Shown here: one piece after another, positions 47,602-56,339 of the stretch
Numbering within the stretch: the first letter of the stretch is position 1
Layout of the letters: every line of letters begins with the position of its first letter
Assembly: GCA_902805535.1 (NCBI GenBank)
Contig: CADCTN010000146.1
Span: 1 to 57,682, forward strand
Direction of reading: 5' to 3'
Length of the DNA stretch: 57,682 nt
Source of the DNA: an uncultured Blastococcus sp.
GTDB taxonomy: Bacteria > Actinomycetota > Actinomycetes > Mycobacteriales > Geodermatophilaceae
Made by a program: the position numbers and the translations under genes
The notes under the pieces: generated by a model
The model's database searches: none
Told to the model about the DNA's origin: nothing
What the model saw: only the letters and a program-made list of their open reading frames with translations

Positions 47602-48699
47602 GTGTCCACCGCCGACCCGCCGTCCGATCGCGGCGTGCGGCCCGTCGTCCACCTGCACCAGGCGGACGACCTCGCCACCGCGCTGCTGGTGCGCGCCCAG
47701 TGGGACGACGGGATGCCCTACCTCCGGACGGCGGAGGTACCGGGGACGATCGACGACCCGCAGCAGTTGCTGCCCGACGGCGTGGTCGTCCGGCTGGACC
47801 AGCAGAGCGACCGCGGCGAGCGGACGCTCGTCGCCGGCTCGCCCGACCGGCTCATCAGCCTCGCCGTGGCCGACGGGGTGACGCGGGTGTCGGTCGTCGG
47901 CACGGACCTGGCGTCCGTCGAGGCGCTCCTGACGCGGATCTCGGCAGCGGCGAGCGAGCGCGTCGTGGAGGTGGAGGGCTCGCTGCGCATGGGGTTCTGG
48001 TCCTACGGCGACGGGTTCGGCCAGATGTCGACGCGGCGGGTGTCCGCTCCGACGTGGTCGGAGGCGTCCGGCAACTACGCGCGACGCACCGCCGACGGGC
48101 TGGCGGCGCTGATGCCGCTGACCGGGGTCGACAGCCGGGCCGGGCGCCTGGTCCTGTGGCACGGGGAGCCGGGAACGGGAAAGACCACTGCCGTGCGGGC
48201 GCTGAGCCGGGAGTGGGCGGGCTGGTGCCGGCCGCACTACGTCATGGACCCGGAGAAGCTGTTCGCCGAGCCGAACTACCTGCTGGAGGTGGCCGGCGCG
48301 CACGGCGACGACGACGAGCGCGACGACGGTCGCTGGCGCCTCGTGGTGGCCGAGGACTGCGACGAGTACCTGCGTACCGACGCCAAGCTCCGCTCGGGCG
48401 CCTCGCTGGGCCGGCTGCTCAACCTGTGCGACGGGATCCTGGGGCACGGTCTGAAGGTGCTCGTCCTGCTCACCACGAACGAGGAGGTCGGCCGGCTGCA
48501 CCCGGCGATCACCCGCCCCGGGCGATGCCTGAGCCAGGTGGAGTTCGAGCCGTTGTCCCCCGCCGAGGCCCGCACCTGGCTCGGCGGTGCGGCGGCCGCC
48601 CCGGAGGGGCCGGTCACGCTCGCCTCGCTCTTCGCGCAGCGCGAGCAGCGCGTGGACGTCGGCGACCGTCGGACGCCGGACCTGGGCGGCTACCTCTAG
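47602..48699 (+). CDS. AAA ATPase (DUF5925-like)
   Basis: GEPGTGKT, VVAEDCD, LLNLCDG, RPGRC; GAGGAG RBS. Confidence 0.85.
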   Translation: MSTADPPSDRGVRPVVHLHQADDLATALLVRAQWDDGMPYLRTAEVPGTIDDPQQLLPDGVVVRLDQQSDRGERTLVAGSPDRLISLAVADGVTRVSVVGTDLASVEALLTRISAAASERVVEVEGSLRMGFWSYGDGFGQMSTRRVSAPTWSEASGNYARRTADGLAALMPLTGVDSRAGRLVLWHGEPGTGKTTAVRALSREWAGWCRPHYVMDPEKLFAEPNYLLEVAGAHGDDDERDDGRWRLVVAEDCDEYLRTDAKLRSGASLGRLLNLCDGILGHGLKVLVLLTTNEEVGRLHPAITRPGRCLSQVEFEPLSPAEARTWLGGAAAAPEGPVTLASLFAQREQRVDVGDRRTPDLGGYL

Positions 48700-48703
48700 C
48701 CGC

Positions 48704-50917
48704 TCAGGACCGGGCGATGCCCACCAAGGTGACGTCGTCGATGTCGGGCGGGTCGATGGCGGTGAGGACGGCGTCGAGCAGCGCCTGCGGCTCGGCCGGC
48801 GCGAGGCGGACGACCTCCCGCAGCGCCTCGAGCCCCGCGGCCAGGCCGTTGCGGCCCCGCTCGACCAGGCCGTCGCTGTAGAGCAGCAGCCGGTCCGCAC
48901 CGGCCAGCCGCACGCGGGTCTCCCGGTACCCGGCGGCGTCCAGCAGCCCGAGCGCCGGCCCCCGCCCCTCGGCCAGCAGGTGCGTACCCGTCGACGTCAC
49001 GTGCAGTACCGGCAGGTGACCGGCGTTGGCGACGACGACCTCGCCGGTCGCCGGGTCGAGCTCGACGACGACGGCCGTGGCCATCTCGCCGGGCAGCAGC
49101 GCGGCGATGACCTCGTTCAGCCCGTCCAGCGCGACGCCCGGCCCGGACGCGCGCAGCAGGTGGGCCCGCAGCGCGTGGCGCAGCTGCGCGGTGATCGAGG
49201 CGGCCGCGAGGCCGTGGCCGGCGACGTCGCCGAGGACGATCGACACCCGGCCACCGGGCAACGGCACCAGGTCGTACCAGTCGCCGCCGACGACGTCCTC
49301 GGCGCTGGCCAGGTAGCGGGCGGCGAGGGCGAAACCGGGGACCGTGGGCAGCTCCTCCAGCAACAGCGTGCGCTGCAGGGCCGTGGCCAGGCGGTTGTCC
49401 TCCGCTGCCCAGCTCAGCGCCGCGTCGGTGAGGGCGGCCGCGAGCGTGCGGGCGGCGGCCACCTCGTGCTCCCGCCACGGCTGCGCGGTCTCGCGGACGG
49501 TCTCGCTCCACGCGTCGAAGGAGCGGCGGGGGCTCAGCCGCGGGCCGTCGTCGGTCTGCGTCGTCTTGGACAGGTGCGGGTTGCCCGCCCAGGCGACCTC
49601 GCGCACGGTCTCGGGCCGGAACCAGGCCAGGAAGTCGTCTCCGCCGACGGGCACGACGAGCGCTCCGCTGGCGGTGCCGGCCAGGTCCGCGGCGGAGGGG
49701 ACGGCGCGGCTGACGGCGTCGGTGACCGGGGCGCCGGCCGCGAGCAGCGCGCTCACCAGCGGACCGACCCGCTCGGCCGGCGGTGTCCGGCCGAGCAGCC
49801 GCAGCTGCCGGTTGATCCGCACGGCGACGCCCCCCGCGGGGATCAGGTCCAGCGCGGTCACCGGGCCGTCGGTGAGCACCGCGGCCAGCTCCCGCGGGGT
49901 GCGGCCGACGACGGCCGCCAGCTGCGCCTGCCGCTGCGCCACCTCCACCACGCCGCTCTGCTCGCCGGCCGCCACCTTGGTGTGCAGCAGCAGCGACGCC
50001 GTCCGGCCGAGGAACTCCGCCGCGGTGCGGTCGGCGTAGGCGGGCCGGTGGGCCCCGGCGTAGTGGTGGCAGGCGATGAGCCCCCACAGCCGGCCACGGT
50101 CGATCAGCGAGATCGACATGGAGGCGCGGACGCCCATGTTGGCCAGGTACTCCAGGTGCACCGGCGAGACGCTGCGCAGCATCGCGCCGGAGAGGTCGAG
50201 CGGGCGACCGGTCAGCGGGTGGGCGGCCGGCTCGAGCGGGACCCGCCGGTAGGCGGCGTCGGGGATCAGCCGCATCCAGTTCGTGGCGTACAGGGCGCGC
50301 GCCTGGGCGGGGATGTCGCTGGCCGGGTAGTGCAGGCCGAAGAACGGCTCGAGGTCCGCGCGGCGGTCCTCGGCGACCACCTCGCCGTTCCACTCGGCGT
50401 CGAAGCGGTAGACCATCACGCGGTCGAAGCCGGTGAGGGCACGGACGTCGCGGGCCAGCACCTCGGTGAGGTCGTCGAGGGTCGCGGCCGCCGAGAGCCG
50501 CTGGAGCACCGTCGGCAGCCGGCGGTGCCAGGCGGCGCCCGCCTGCTCGGCGCCCGGAACCGGCTCCCACTCGGTGAGCAGCAGCCCGTCGGCGCGGTGC
50601 ACGACCAGGTCGACCGGCTCTCCGGCGACCTGCACGCGGATCGGGTCGACCTCCGTCAGGCCTTCGGCGAGGCCGTCGGTCAGCCGGGCCAGGTCGGCGT
50701 CGCCGAGCACCTGGTCGAGGGCGTCGACCGGGCGGCCGAAGAACCCGGTCGCGTTGGCCGACGCCATGACGACGGCCAGGTCGGGCTCGGTGACGGCGAG
50801 CAGCACCCCGTGCGGCTGGACCGCACCCGGGATCGCGATCGGCTCGTCGGCGCAGCGCAGCAGCGCTTCCTCGGGGACGGTGCGGAGGGCGGCGTCGGGC
50901 GGGCTGCGGTCGCTCAC
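48704..50917 (-). CDS. Bacteriophytochrome (PAS-GAF-PHY) fused to SpoIIE/PP2C phosphatase
   Basis: C22 in CADEPIAIPGAVQPHG, DRVMVYRF, PASDIP, SPVHLEYL, PRRSF; GGDWYD, GDVAGHG, NAGH, SDGLVE, DDVT. Confidence 0.95.
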   Translation of the reverse strand: MSDRSPPDAALRTVPEEALLRCADEPIAIPGAVQPHGVLLAVTEPDLAVVMASANATGFFGRPVDALDQVLGDADLARLTDGLAEGLTEVDPIRVQVAGEPVDLVVHRADGLLLTEWEPVPGAEQAGAAWHRRLPTVLQRLSAAATLDDLTEVLARDVRALTGFDRVMVYRFDAEWNGEVVAEDRRADLEPFFGLHYPASDIPAQARALYATNWMRLIPDAAYRRVPLEPAAHPLTGRPLDLSGAMLRSVSPVHLEYLANMGVRASMSISLIDRGRLWGLIACHHYAGAHRPAYADRTAAEFLGRTASLLLHTKVAAGEQSGVVEVAQRQAQLAAVVGRTPRELAAVLTDGPVTALDLIPAGGVAVRINRQLRLLGRTPPAERVGPLVSALLAAGAPVTDAVSRAVPSAADLAGTASGALVVPVGGDDFLAWFRPETVREVAWAGNPHLSKTTQTDDGPRLSPRRSFDAWSETVRETAQPWREHEVAAARTLAAALTDAALSWAAEDNRLATALQRTLLLEELPTVPGFALAARYLASAEDVVGGDWYDLVPLPGGRVSIVLGDVAGHGLAAASITAQLRHALRAHLLRASGPGVALDGLNEVIAALLPGEMATAVVVELDPATGEVVVANAGHLPVLHVTSTGTHLLAEGRGPALGLLDAAGYRETRVRLAGADRLLLYSDGLVERGRNGLAAGLEALREVVRLAPAEPQALLDAVLTAIDPPDIDDVTLVGIARS

Positions 50918-50927
50918 CGCGGGGAGG

Positions 50928-51293
50928 TCACGGGCGGGCTTCCCGCTCCGCCGAGGCGGCGGGGATCTCGGCGGCCGACGCCACGATCGGCACCACGGCG
51001 CCCAGCTCGAGGAGATCGATCGTGAGCCGCACGGCGCTGTTCTCGTGCGGCGCCACCACGTGCAGGGCGACGCCCGCGGCGGCGGCCTTCCGCGCGACGC
51101 GCACGAGCTCGCGGGCCCCGGAGGAGTCCATGAAGGCCGTGGGCGTCAGGTCGAGCACCAGTGATCGTGGCGGCGGGCTCAACTCGCCGTCGACGGCCTG
51201 CGCGAGTACCGGAGCGGTCGCCAGGTCCAGCTCACCCCGTACGGTGAGAGCCGGTCGCCCCGCGACCGACCCCCGTTCCATGGCGAACAGCAA
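50928..51293 (-). CDS. STAS anti-anti-sigma factor (RsbV-like)
   Basis: GELDLATAP, LDL..FMDSSG phospho-Ser motif; GGGAG RBS before TTG. Confidence 0.9.
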   Translation of the reverse strand: MLFAMERGSVAGRPALTVRGELDLATAPVLAQAVDGELSPPPRSLVLDLTPTAFMDSSGARELVRVARKAAAAGVALHVVAPHENSAVRLTIDLLELGAVVPIVASAAEIPAASAEREARP

Positions 51294-51367
51294 CGAATCG
51301 GCTCCCTCGCAGGCTGCGGCAACTCAGCGCAGCCTAACGGCACCGGTTCCGAGAGGAGGAAGCTGCC

Positions 51368-51796
51368 ATGAAGGTCGACTTCACCGTCCGGCTACCGGTC
51401 GACGCGCAGAGCCTCCCCCTGATCCGCGGGCTGGTCCGCCAGACGCTGCAGCACCTCGGTGTCGTCGCCGGTGGCATCGACGAGATCCTGCTGGCGCTGA
51501 GCGAGGCGTGCGCGAACGTCGTCCAGCACGCCGGTGAGCACGACGAGTACCAGGTCGACGTCTCGATCGACGACTACGTGTGCCGGGTCAGCGTGCTCGA
51601 CGACGGCGGCGGCTTCGACGTCGCCGCCGTGAGCGCCGAGCGGCCGCGCTCGCCGCTGGACGGCGGCCGGGGGCTGCTGCTCATGCAGGCACTGGTCGAC
51701 CGGCTGGCGTTCGTGCAGGACGAGGACGGCCGGCACCGGGTGTTCCTGGAGAAGCGGCTGGTCACCTCCCCGAAGCTCCGGCTGCTGCCGACCTGA
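51368..51796 (+). CDS. RsbW-like anti-sigma Ser kinase (HATPase_c_2)
   Basis: SEACANVVQH, DDGGGF, GGRGLLLM..LVD; GAGGAGG RBS. Confidence 0.9.
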   Translation: MKVDFTVRLPVDAQSLPLIRGLVRQTLQHLGVVAGGIDEILLALSEACANVVQHAGEHDEYQVDVSIDDYVCRVSVLDDGGGFDVAAVSAERPRSPLDGGRGLLLMQALVDRLAFVQDEDGRHRVFLEKRLVTSPKLRLLPT

Positions 51797-51840
51797 CCCG
51801 ACCTCCGGTGCTCCCTGCGGGTGTCGGCGAGGATGTCCCC

Positions 51841-53100
51841 GTGACGACCGACGCCGCCGCGTTCCGCACCGAGGTCCAGGAGGCCGGTCGCCGGCTGGCC
51901 GGGATCGCCGAGCGGACGCCGCTGCAGCGCAACGCCCGGCTCTCGGCCCTGACCGGTGCCGACGTCTGGCTCAAGCGGGAGGACCTGCAGGTCGGCCGCT
52001 CCTACAAGATCCGCGGCGCCTACAACACGATCAGCCGGCTCTCCCCCGATGCCCGCGCCGCCGGCGTCGTCTGCGCGAGCGCCGGGAACCACGGGCAGGG
52101 CGTGGCGTACGCGTGCCGGGCGCTGCAGGTGCGCGGGCGCGTCTTCGTGCCCGGGACGACGCCGCGGCAGAAGCGCGAGCGGATCGCCTCGCTCGGCGGC
52201 GACATGGTGGAGCTGGTGGTGGTCGGCGACTCCTACGACGAGGCGGCCGCCGCCGCGCTGGCCCACGCGCTCGGGTCCGGCGCCACGCTGGTGCCGGCGT
52301 TCGACGCGCTGCCCACGGTGACGGGTCAGGCGACGGTCGCGGTCGAGATCCTCGAGCAGCTCGGGTCGGCTCCGGACGTCGTCGTCCTGCCGGTCGGCGG
52401 TGGCGGGCTGCTCGCCGGCTGCGGGACCTGGCTGCGCACCGCCGCCCCCGGCACCCGGCTGGTGGGCGTGGAGCCCGCGGGTGCGGCGAACATGGCCGCC
52501 GCCCTGGCCGCCGGTGAGCCGGTCGAGCTGCCGGAGATGGACACGTTCGTCGACGGCGCCGCCGTCCGCCTGGCCGGGGCGCTCACCTATCCCCTGATCC
52601 GCGACTCCGGTGCCGAGCTGCTCGCCGTCCCCGAGGGGCAGATCTGCACCGAGATGCTGGAGCTGTACCAGACCGACGGCATCATCGCCGAGCCTGCCGG
52701 GGCGCTGTCACCGGCGGCGGTCAGCGGCGGGCTGGTCACCGTCGAGCCCGGCCAGACCGTCGTCTGCCTGCTCTCCGGCGGCAACAACGACGTGAGCCGG
52801 TACGCCGAGGTGGTGGAGCGGTCGCTGGTGCACCGGGGGCTGAAGCACTACTTCCTGGTCGAGTTCCCGCAGGAGCCCGGTGCCCTGCGCCGGTTCCTCG
52901 ACGAGGTGCTCGGGCCCGACGACGACATCGTGCTGTTCGAGTACATGAAGCGGGACAACCGGGAGACCGGTGCCGCGCTCACCGGCATCGAGTTGGGTAC
53001 CGCGGCCGGCCTCCCCGGGCTGCTGGAGCGGATCGAGGCCAGCCCGCTGCGGATCCAGCACGTCACGCCGGGGACGACGGCCTACCGGTTCCTGGTGTAG
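51841..53100 (+). CDS. ilvA: Threonine ammonia-lyase (short form)
   Basis: KREDLQ..SYKIRGA, SAGNH, PVGGGGL, SGGNND, FPQEPGAL. Confidence 0.95.
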   Translation: MTTDAAAFRTEVQEAGRRLAGIAERTPLQRNARLSALTGADVWLKREDLQVGRSYKIRGAYNTISRLSPDARAAGVVCASAGNHGQGVAYACRALQVRGRVFVPGTTPRQKRERIASLGGDMVELVVVGDSYDEAAAAALAHALGSGATLVPAFDALPTVTGQATVAVEILEQLGSAPDVVVLPVGGGGLLAGCGTWLRTAAPGTRLVGVEPAGAANMAAALAAGEPVELPEMDTFVDGAAVRLAGALTYPLIRDSGAELLAVPEGQICTEMLELYQTDGIIAEPAGALSPAAVSGGLVTVEPGQTVVCLLSGGNNDVSRYAEVVERSLVHRGLKHYFLVEFPQEPGALRRFLDEVLGPDDDIVLFEYMKRDNRETGAALTGIELGTAAGLPGLLERIEASPLRIQHVTPGTTAYRFLV

Positions 53101-53111
53101 CCGGGCCTCGT

Positions 53112-53570
53112 TCAGTCCTCGATGACGTCGCGGCTCTGCGCACGCAGCTCCGCCAGGGAATCGAGCATCCCCTGCAGGACCTCCGGGCTGTGCCCCCGCC
53201 AGTCGTCGACCTCGCCGACCACCCGCAGCGGGCGGCGGGACCGGTAGGACTGCGTGGGGTTTCCCGGGAACCGCTTGTCGGTCACGTTCGGGTCGTCCTC
53301 GAAGGGCCCCAGGGGCTCGACGACGTACACCCGCCCGCGCTCGCCGTTCCCGGCCAGCGCCGTCGCCAGCTCCGCTCCCCAGACGGCCGTCTCCAGGACC
53401 GCGGTGAAGTAGACGTTGTTCGACACCCGGCCCGCCTGGAAGTTGGAGCCGCGGCCGGCGACCAGCTCGTCGCCGGGCTCCAGCGCGGACGCCGTCCCGT
53501 GGAAGAAGGGTCCCTCGACGTGCGCGCAGTGCTCGTAGGTCACGGGCACGCGCGCCCCGTCGTCGTCCAT
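53112..53570 (-). CDS. arr: Rifampin ADP-ribosyltransferase
   Basis: PFFHGT, VYFT, WGAELA, FEDDPNVTDKRFPGNPTQSYRS. Confidence 0.93.
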   Translation of the reverse strand: MDDDGARVPVTYEHCAHVEGPFFHGTASALEPGDELVAGRGSNFQAGRVSNNVYFTAVLETAVWGAELATALAGNGERGRVYVVEPLGPFEDDPNVTDKRFPGNPTQSYRSRRPLRVVGEVDDWRGHSPEVLQGMLDSLAELRAQSRDVIED

Positions 53571-53579
53571 GTCCGTCGG

Positions 53580-54263
53580 CTACAGCCAGGCGGGCGGCGG
53601 AGGGACGTCACCCTGCAGCCCGGCGGCGTCGGACCGGGTCAGCCAGGCGGCGATCGCGCTCACCGGGCCCTCGACCCGCGTGCCGCCGGAGCCCCAGGTC
53701 CGGTCCACGTCGGTCGCGACGACGGTGACGTCGAGGACCTGGTCGCGGGAGGCGAACAGCCCGAGGACGTCGTCGACGAGCGCGGAGGCGAAGTCGGCGG
53801 GCAGGTCGGCGAACGACAGCCCGGCCCGCAGGTCGGTGCCGTGCGCCCAGACCTCCTTGGCCCGCATGAACGGCACGACCGACGCCTGGACCGGCACCCC
53901 CTGGCCGTTGCGGACCTGCGCCGACCACGCCTCGTCGGGCAGCTCCGCGATCGCCCGCGCCAGGCGCTCGCGGGCGGCGGCGTGGTCGGCCCGGATCTCC
54001 GCCGGCGGCCGCGCGGCGGTGGCGTCGATGTCGGCGTCGCGGACCGCCCGCGAGGGGTACATCGGCGTCTCCACGCCGGTGCGCGCCCAGGTGAGCAGGT
54101 TGACCAGCGCGTCGGCGTTGCGGGACAGGTGCGCGACGACGTGCGCCCGCGACCAGCCCGGCGGCGCGGCGGCGGCGGCGAGTTCCTCGTCGGTCAGCGC
54201 CTGGACGGCGCGGCCGACCACCTCTTCGCCGTCGGTCCACCACTGCCGCTGCTGGTCGGTCAC
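53580..54263 (-). CDS. Mycothiol-dependent maleylpyruvate isomerase family (DinB-like) protein
   Basis: PGWSRAHVVAHLSRNADAL, RAKEVWAHGTDL; leaderless TAGGTT -10. Confidence 0.88.
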   Translation of the reverse strand: MTDQQRQWWTDGEEVVGRAVQALTDEELAAAAAPPGWSRAHVVAHLSRNADALVNLLTWARTGVETPMYPSRAVRDADIDATAARPPAEIRADHAAARERLARAIAELPDEAWSAQVRNGQGVPVQASVVPFMRAKEVWAHGTDLRAGLSFADLPADFASALVDDVLGLFASRDQVLDVTVVATDVDRTWGSGGTRVEGPVSAIAAWLTRSDAAGLQGDVPPPPAWL

Positions 54264-54616
54264 GACGTCGAACCTAGGCGGTCGCGCAGCGTCGGGACGC
54301 CCTCCCCGCCCAGGTCGGCGAGGGCGGCCCTGCGGCCGGTGACCGCCAGCAGGAGCGCCTCGGCGCTCCCCCGCACGACCGGACCTCTCCCCTGGGACCA
54401 GTCGATGTCGTCCGCCTCGAAGCTCCCGCGCGACGCGAGCATCGCCAGGAGGAACCCCGGGATGCCGACCTCCAGGGGCACGACCAGGTGCCCGACCACC
54501 TCGTGCACGGTCCACTCGCCGCACAGGCTCTGCGTCGCCAGCTGCTCGGGCGTCAGGCCCGACACCAGGTCGGCCAGCTCCCGGCGCTCGTCGGCGATCT
54601 CCGCGAACGTGTCCAC
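54260..54616 (-). pseudogene. Internally deleted MDMPI/TIGR03083-type gene (118 aa)
   Basis: N-terminal SLCGEWTVHEVVGHL is joined to C-terminal DWSQGRGPVVRGSAEALLL..GR; the central HxxD region is absent. Confidence 0.7.
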
Positions 54617-54638
54617 GCGGTCATCGTGGCAGCTGGCA

Positions 54639-55391
54639 TCAGGACGCGCGGCTGCTCAGCAGGGCCAGGACGTCGTCGTAGCGGCCCTCGACCTCGGCGA
54701 AGCGCAGGAACCGCACCCGGTCGACGAGGACCTCCTCGACGTCAGGACGCGCCCGAAGGATCTCGAACGTCTCGTTCAGGTACTCCTCCAGCGGCATGGC
54801 GCTCTCGTCGTCCCGGTGGCCGGGCATGAGGTCGGTCCGCACCGCCGGCGGCACCAGCTCGACGACCTGCACCGAGCTGCCGGCCAGCTGCACCCGCAGG
54901 CTCTCGGTCCACGAGTGGATGGCCGCCTTCGTGGCGTTGTAGGTGGGCGTGGCCGGCAGCGGCACGAACGCCAGCCCGGACGAGACGTTGACGACCGTGG
55001 CGTCGTCCTGGCGCAGGAGCAGCGGCAGGAACGCGTTGAGCACCCGGATGGGGCCGAGCAGGTTGGTGGTCACCGTGGCCTCGGCGACGGCGAGGTGGCC
55101 GGGATCGCGCAGGTCCTCCGGCAGCATGATCCCGGCCATGTTGACCAGGACGTCGAGCTCCGGGTGGCTGCGGCTGACCGCCTCGTAGGCCGCGGCGATC
55201 GAGGCCGGGTCGGCCACGTCGAGCTCGACGGCGCTGATGCCGGGGTGCTCGGCAACGATCGCGTCCAGCAGCTGCTTGCGTCGTCCGGCCACGACGACCG
55301 TGTTGCCGGCCGCCGCGAACCGCAGCGCCAGACCCAGGCCGATGCCGGAGGTGCCGCCGGTGAAAAGCATGGTGTTGCCCGTCGTCTTCAT
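54639..55391 (-). CDS. Short-chain oxidoreductase (DltE-like)
   Basis: TGGTSGIG, NVSSGLAFVP, YNATKAAIHS. Confidence 0.92.
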   Translation of the reverse strand: MKTTGNTMLFTGGTSGIGLGLALRFAAAGNTVVVAGRRKQLLDAIVAEHPGISAVELDVADPASIAAAYEAVSRSHPELDVLVNMAGIMLPEDLRDPGHLAVAEATVTTNLLGPIRVLNAFLPLLLRQDDATVVNVSSGLAFVPLPATPTYNATKAAIHSWTESLRVQLAGSSVQVVELVPPAVRTDLMPGHRDDESAMPLEEYLNETFEILRARPDVEEVLVDRVRFLRFAEVEGRYDDVLALLSSRAS

Positions 55392-55492
55392 GGCTCCACC
55401 GTGCGGCTCCTCGTCGCCGGGCGGGAGAGGAGCGGTTGTCCAGGGATCGGCGGTCCCTGGATCCGCGCCGCGCCGGCGCGCAGGATGGCCGG

Positions 55493-56332
55493 GTGGACCG
55501 CGCCCAGCTCGCCGACTTCCTGCGCCGCCGCCGGGAGGCGCTGCGGCCCGGTGACGTCGGCCTGCCCTCCGGGCCGCGGCGGCGGGCGACCGGCCTGCGC
55601 CGGGAGGAGGTCGCCGCGCTGACCGGCATGTCGACGGACTACTACGCCCGGCTGGAGCAGCAGCGCGGCCCGCAGCCGTCGGAGCAGATGGTGTCGGCGC
55701 TCGCCCGCGGGCTGCGGCTCACCCTCGACGAGCGCGACCACCTGTTCCGGCTGACCGGGCACCACGCGCCGGTCCGCGTACGGCGGTCCGAGCACGTCAG
55801 CCCGGCGCTGCTGCGGGTGTTCGACCGGCTGACGGACACGCCGGCGCTGGTCCTGTCCGACCTCGCGGACACCCTCGTGCAGAACCGCATGGCACGGGCC
55901 CTGCTGGGCGACGAGACCGGGCACACCGGCCTGGCGCGCAGCGCGTTCTACCGCTGGTTCACCGACCCGGGGGCGCGCAGTCGCTACCCCGAGCGCGACC
56001 ACGCGCACCAGAGCCGGCTGCAGGCGGCCGGCCTGCGGGCGGCGGTGACGGCGGGTGGCTCCGACGCGCGGGCGACCGAGATCGTGCGCCGTCTGCTGCA
56101 TGTCAGCCCCGAGTTCGCCGAGGTGTGGGAGCAGCACGAGGTGTCGCGCCGGTTCGACGACCACAAGACGCTCGTCCACCCCGAGCTGGGCGAGATCGAG
56201 GTCGACTGCCAGGCGCTGTTCACCGAGAACCAGGCGCAGACCCTGCTCGTGCTGACGGCCGCGCCGGGCACCGCGGACGCCGAGAAGCTGCAGCTGCTGT
56301 CGGTGATCGGCGAGCAGCAGTTCACCTCGTGA
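55493..56332 (+). CDS. XRE-HTH / MmyB-like transcriptional regulator
   Basis: LADFLRRRRE, GLRREEVA, YYARLEQ, HPELG. Confidence 0.92.
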   Translation: MDRAQLADFLRRRREALRPGDVGLPSGPRRRATGLRREEVAALTGMSTDYYARLEQQRGPQPSEQMVSALARGLRLTLDERDHLFRLTGHHAPVRVRRSEHVSPALLRVFDRLTDTPALVLSDLADTLVQNRMARALLGDETGHTGLARSAFYRWFTDPGARSRYPERDHAHQSRLQAAGLRAAVTAGGSDARATEIVRRLLHVSPEFAEVWEQHEVSRRFDDHKTLVHPELGEIEVDCQALFTENQAQTLLVLTAAPGTADAEKLQLLSVIGEQQFTS

Positions 56333-56339
56333 GGCGGGC

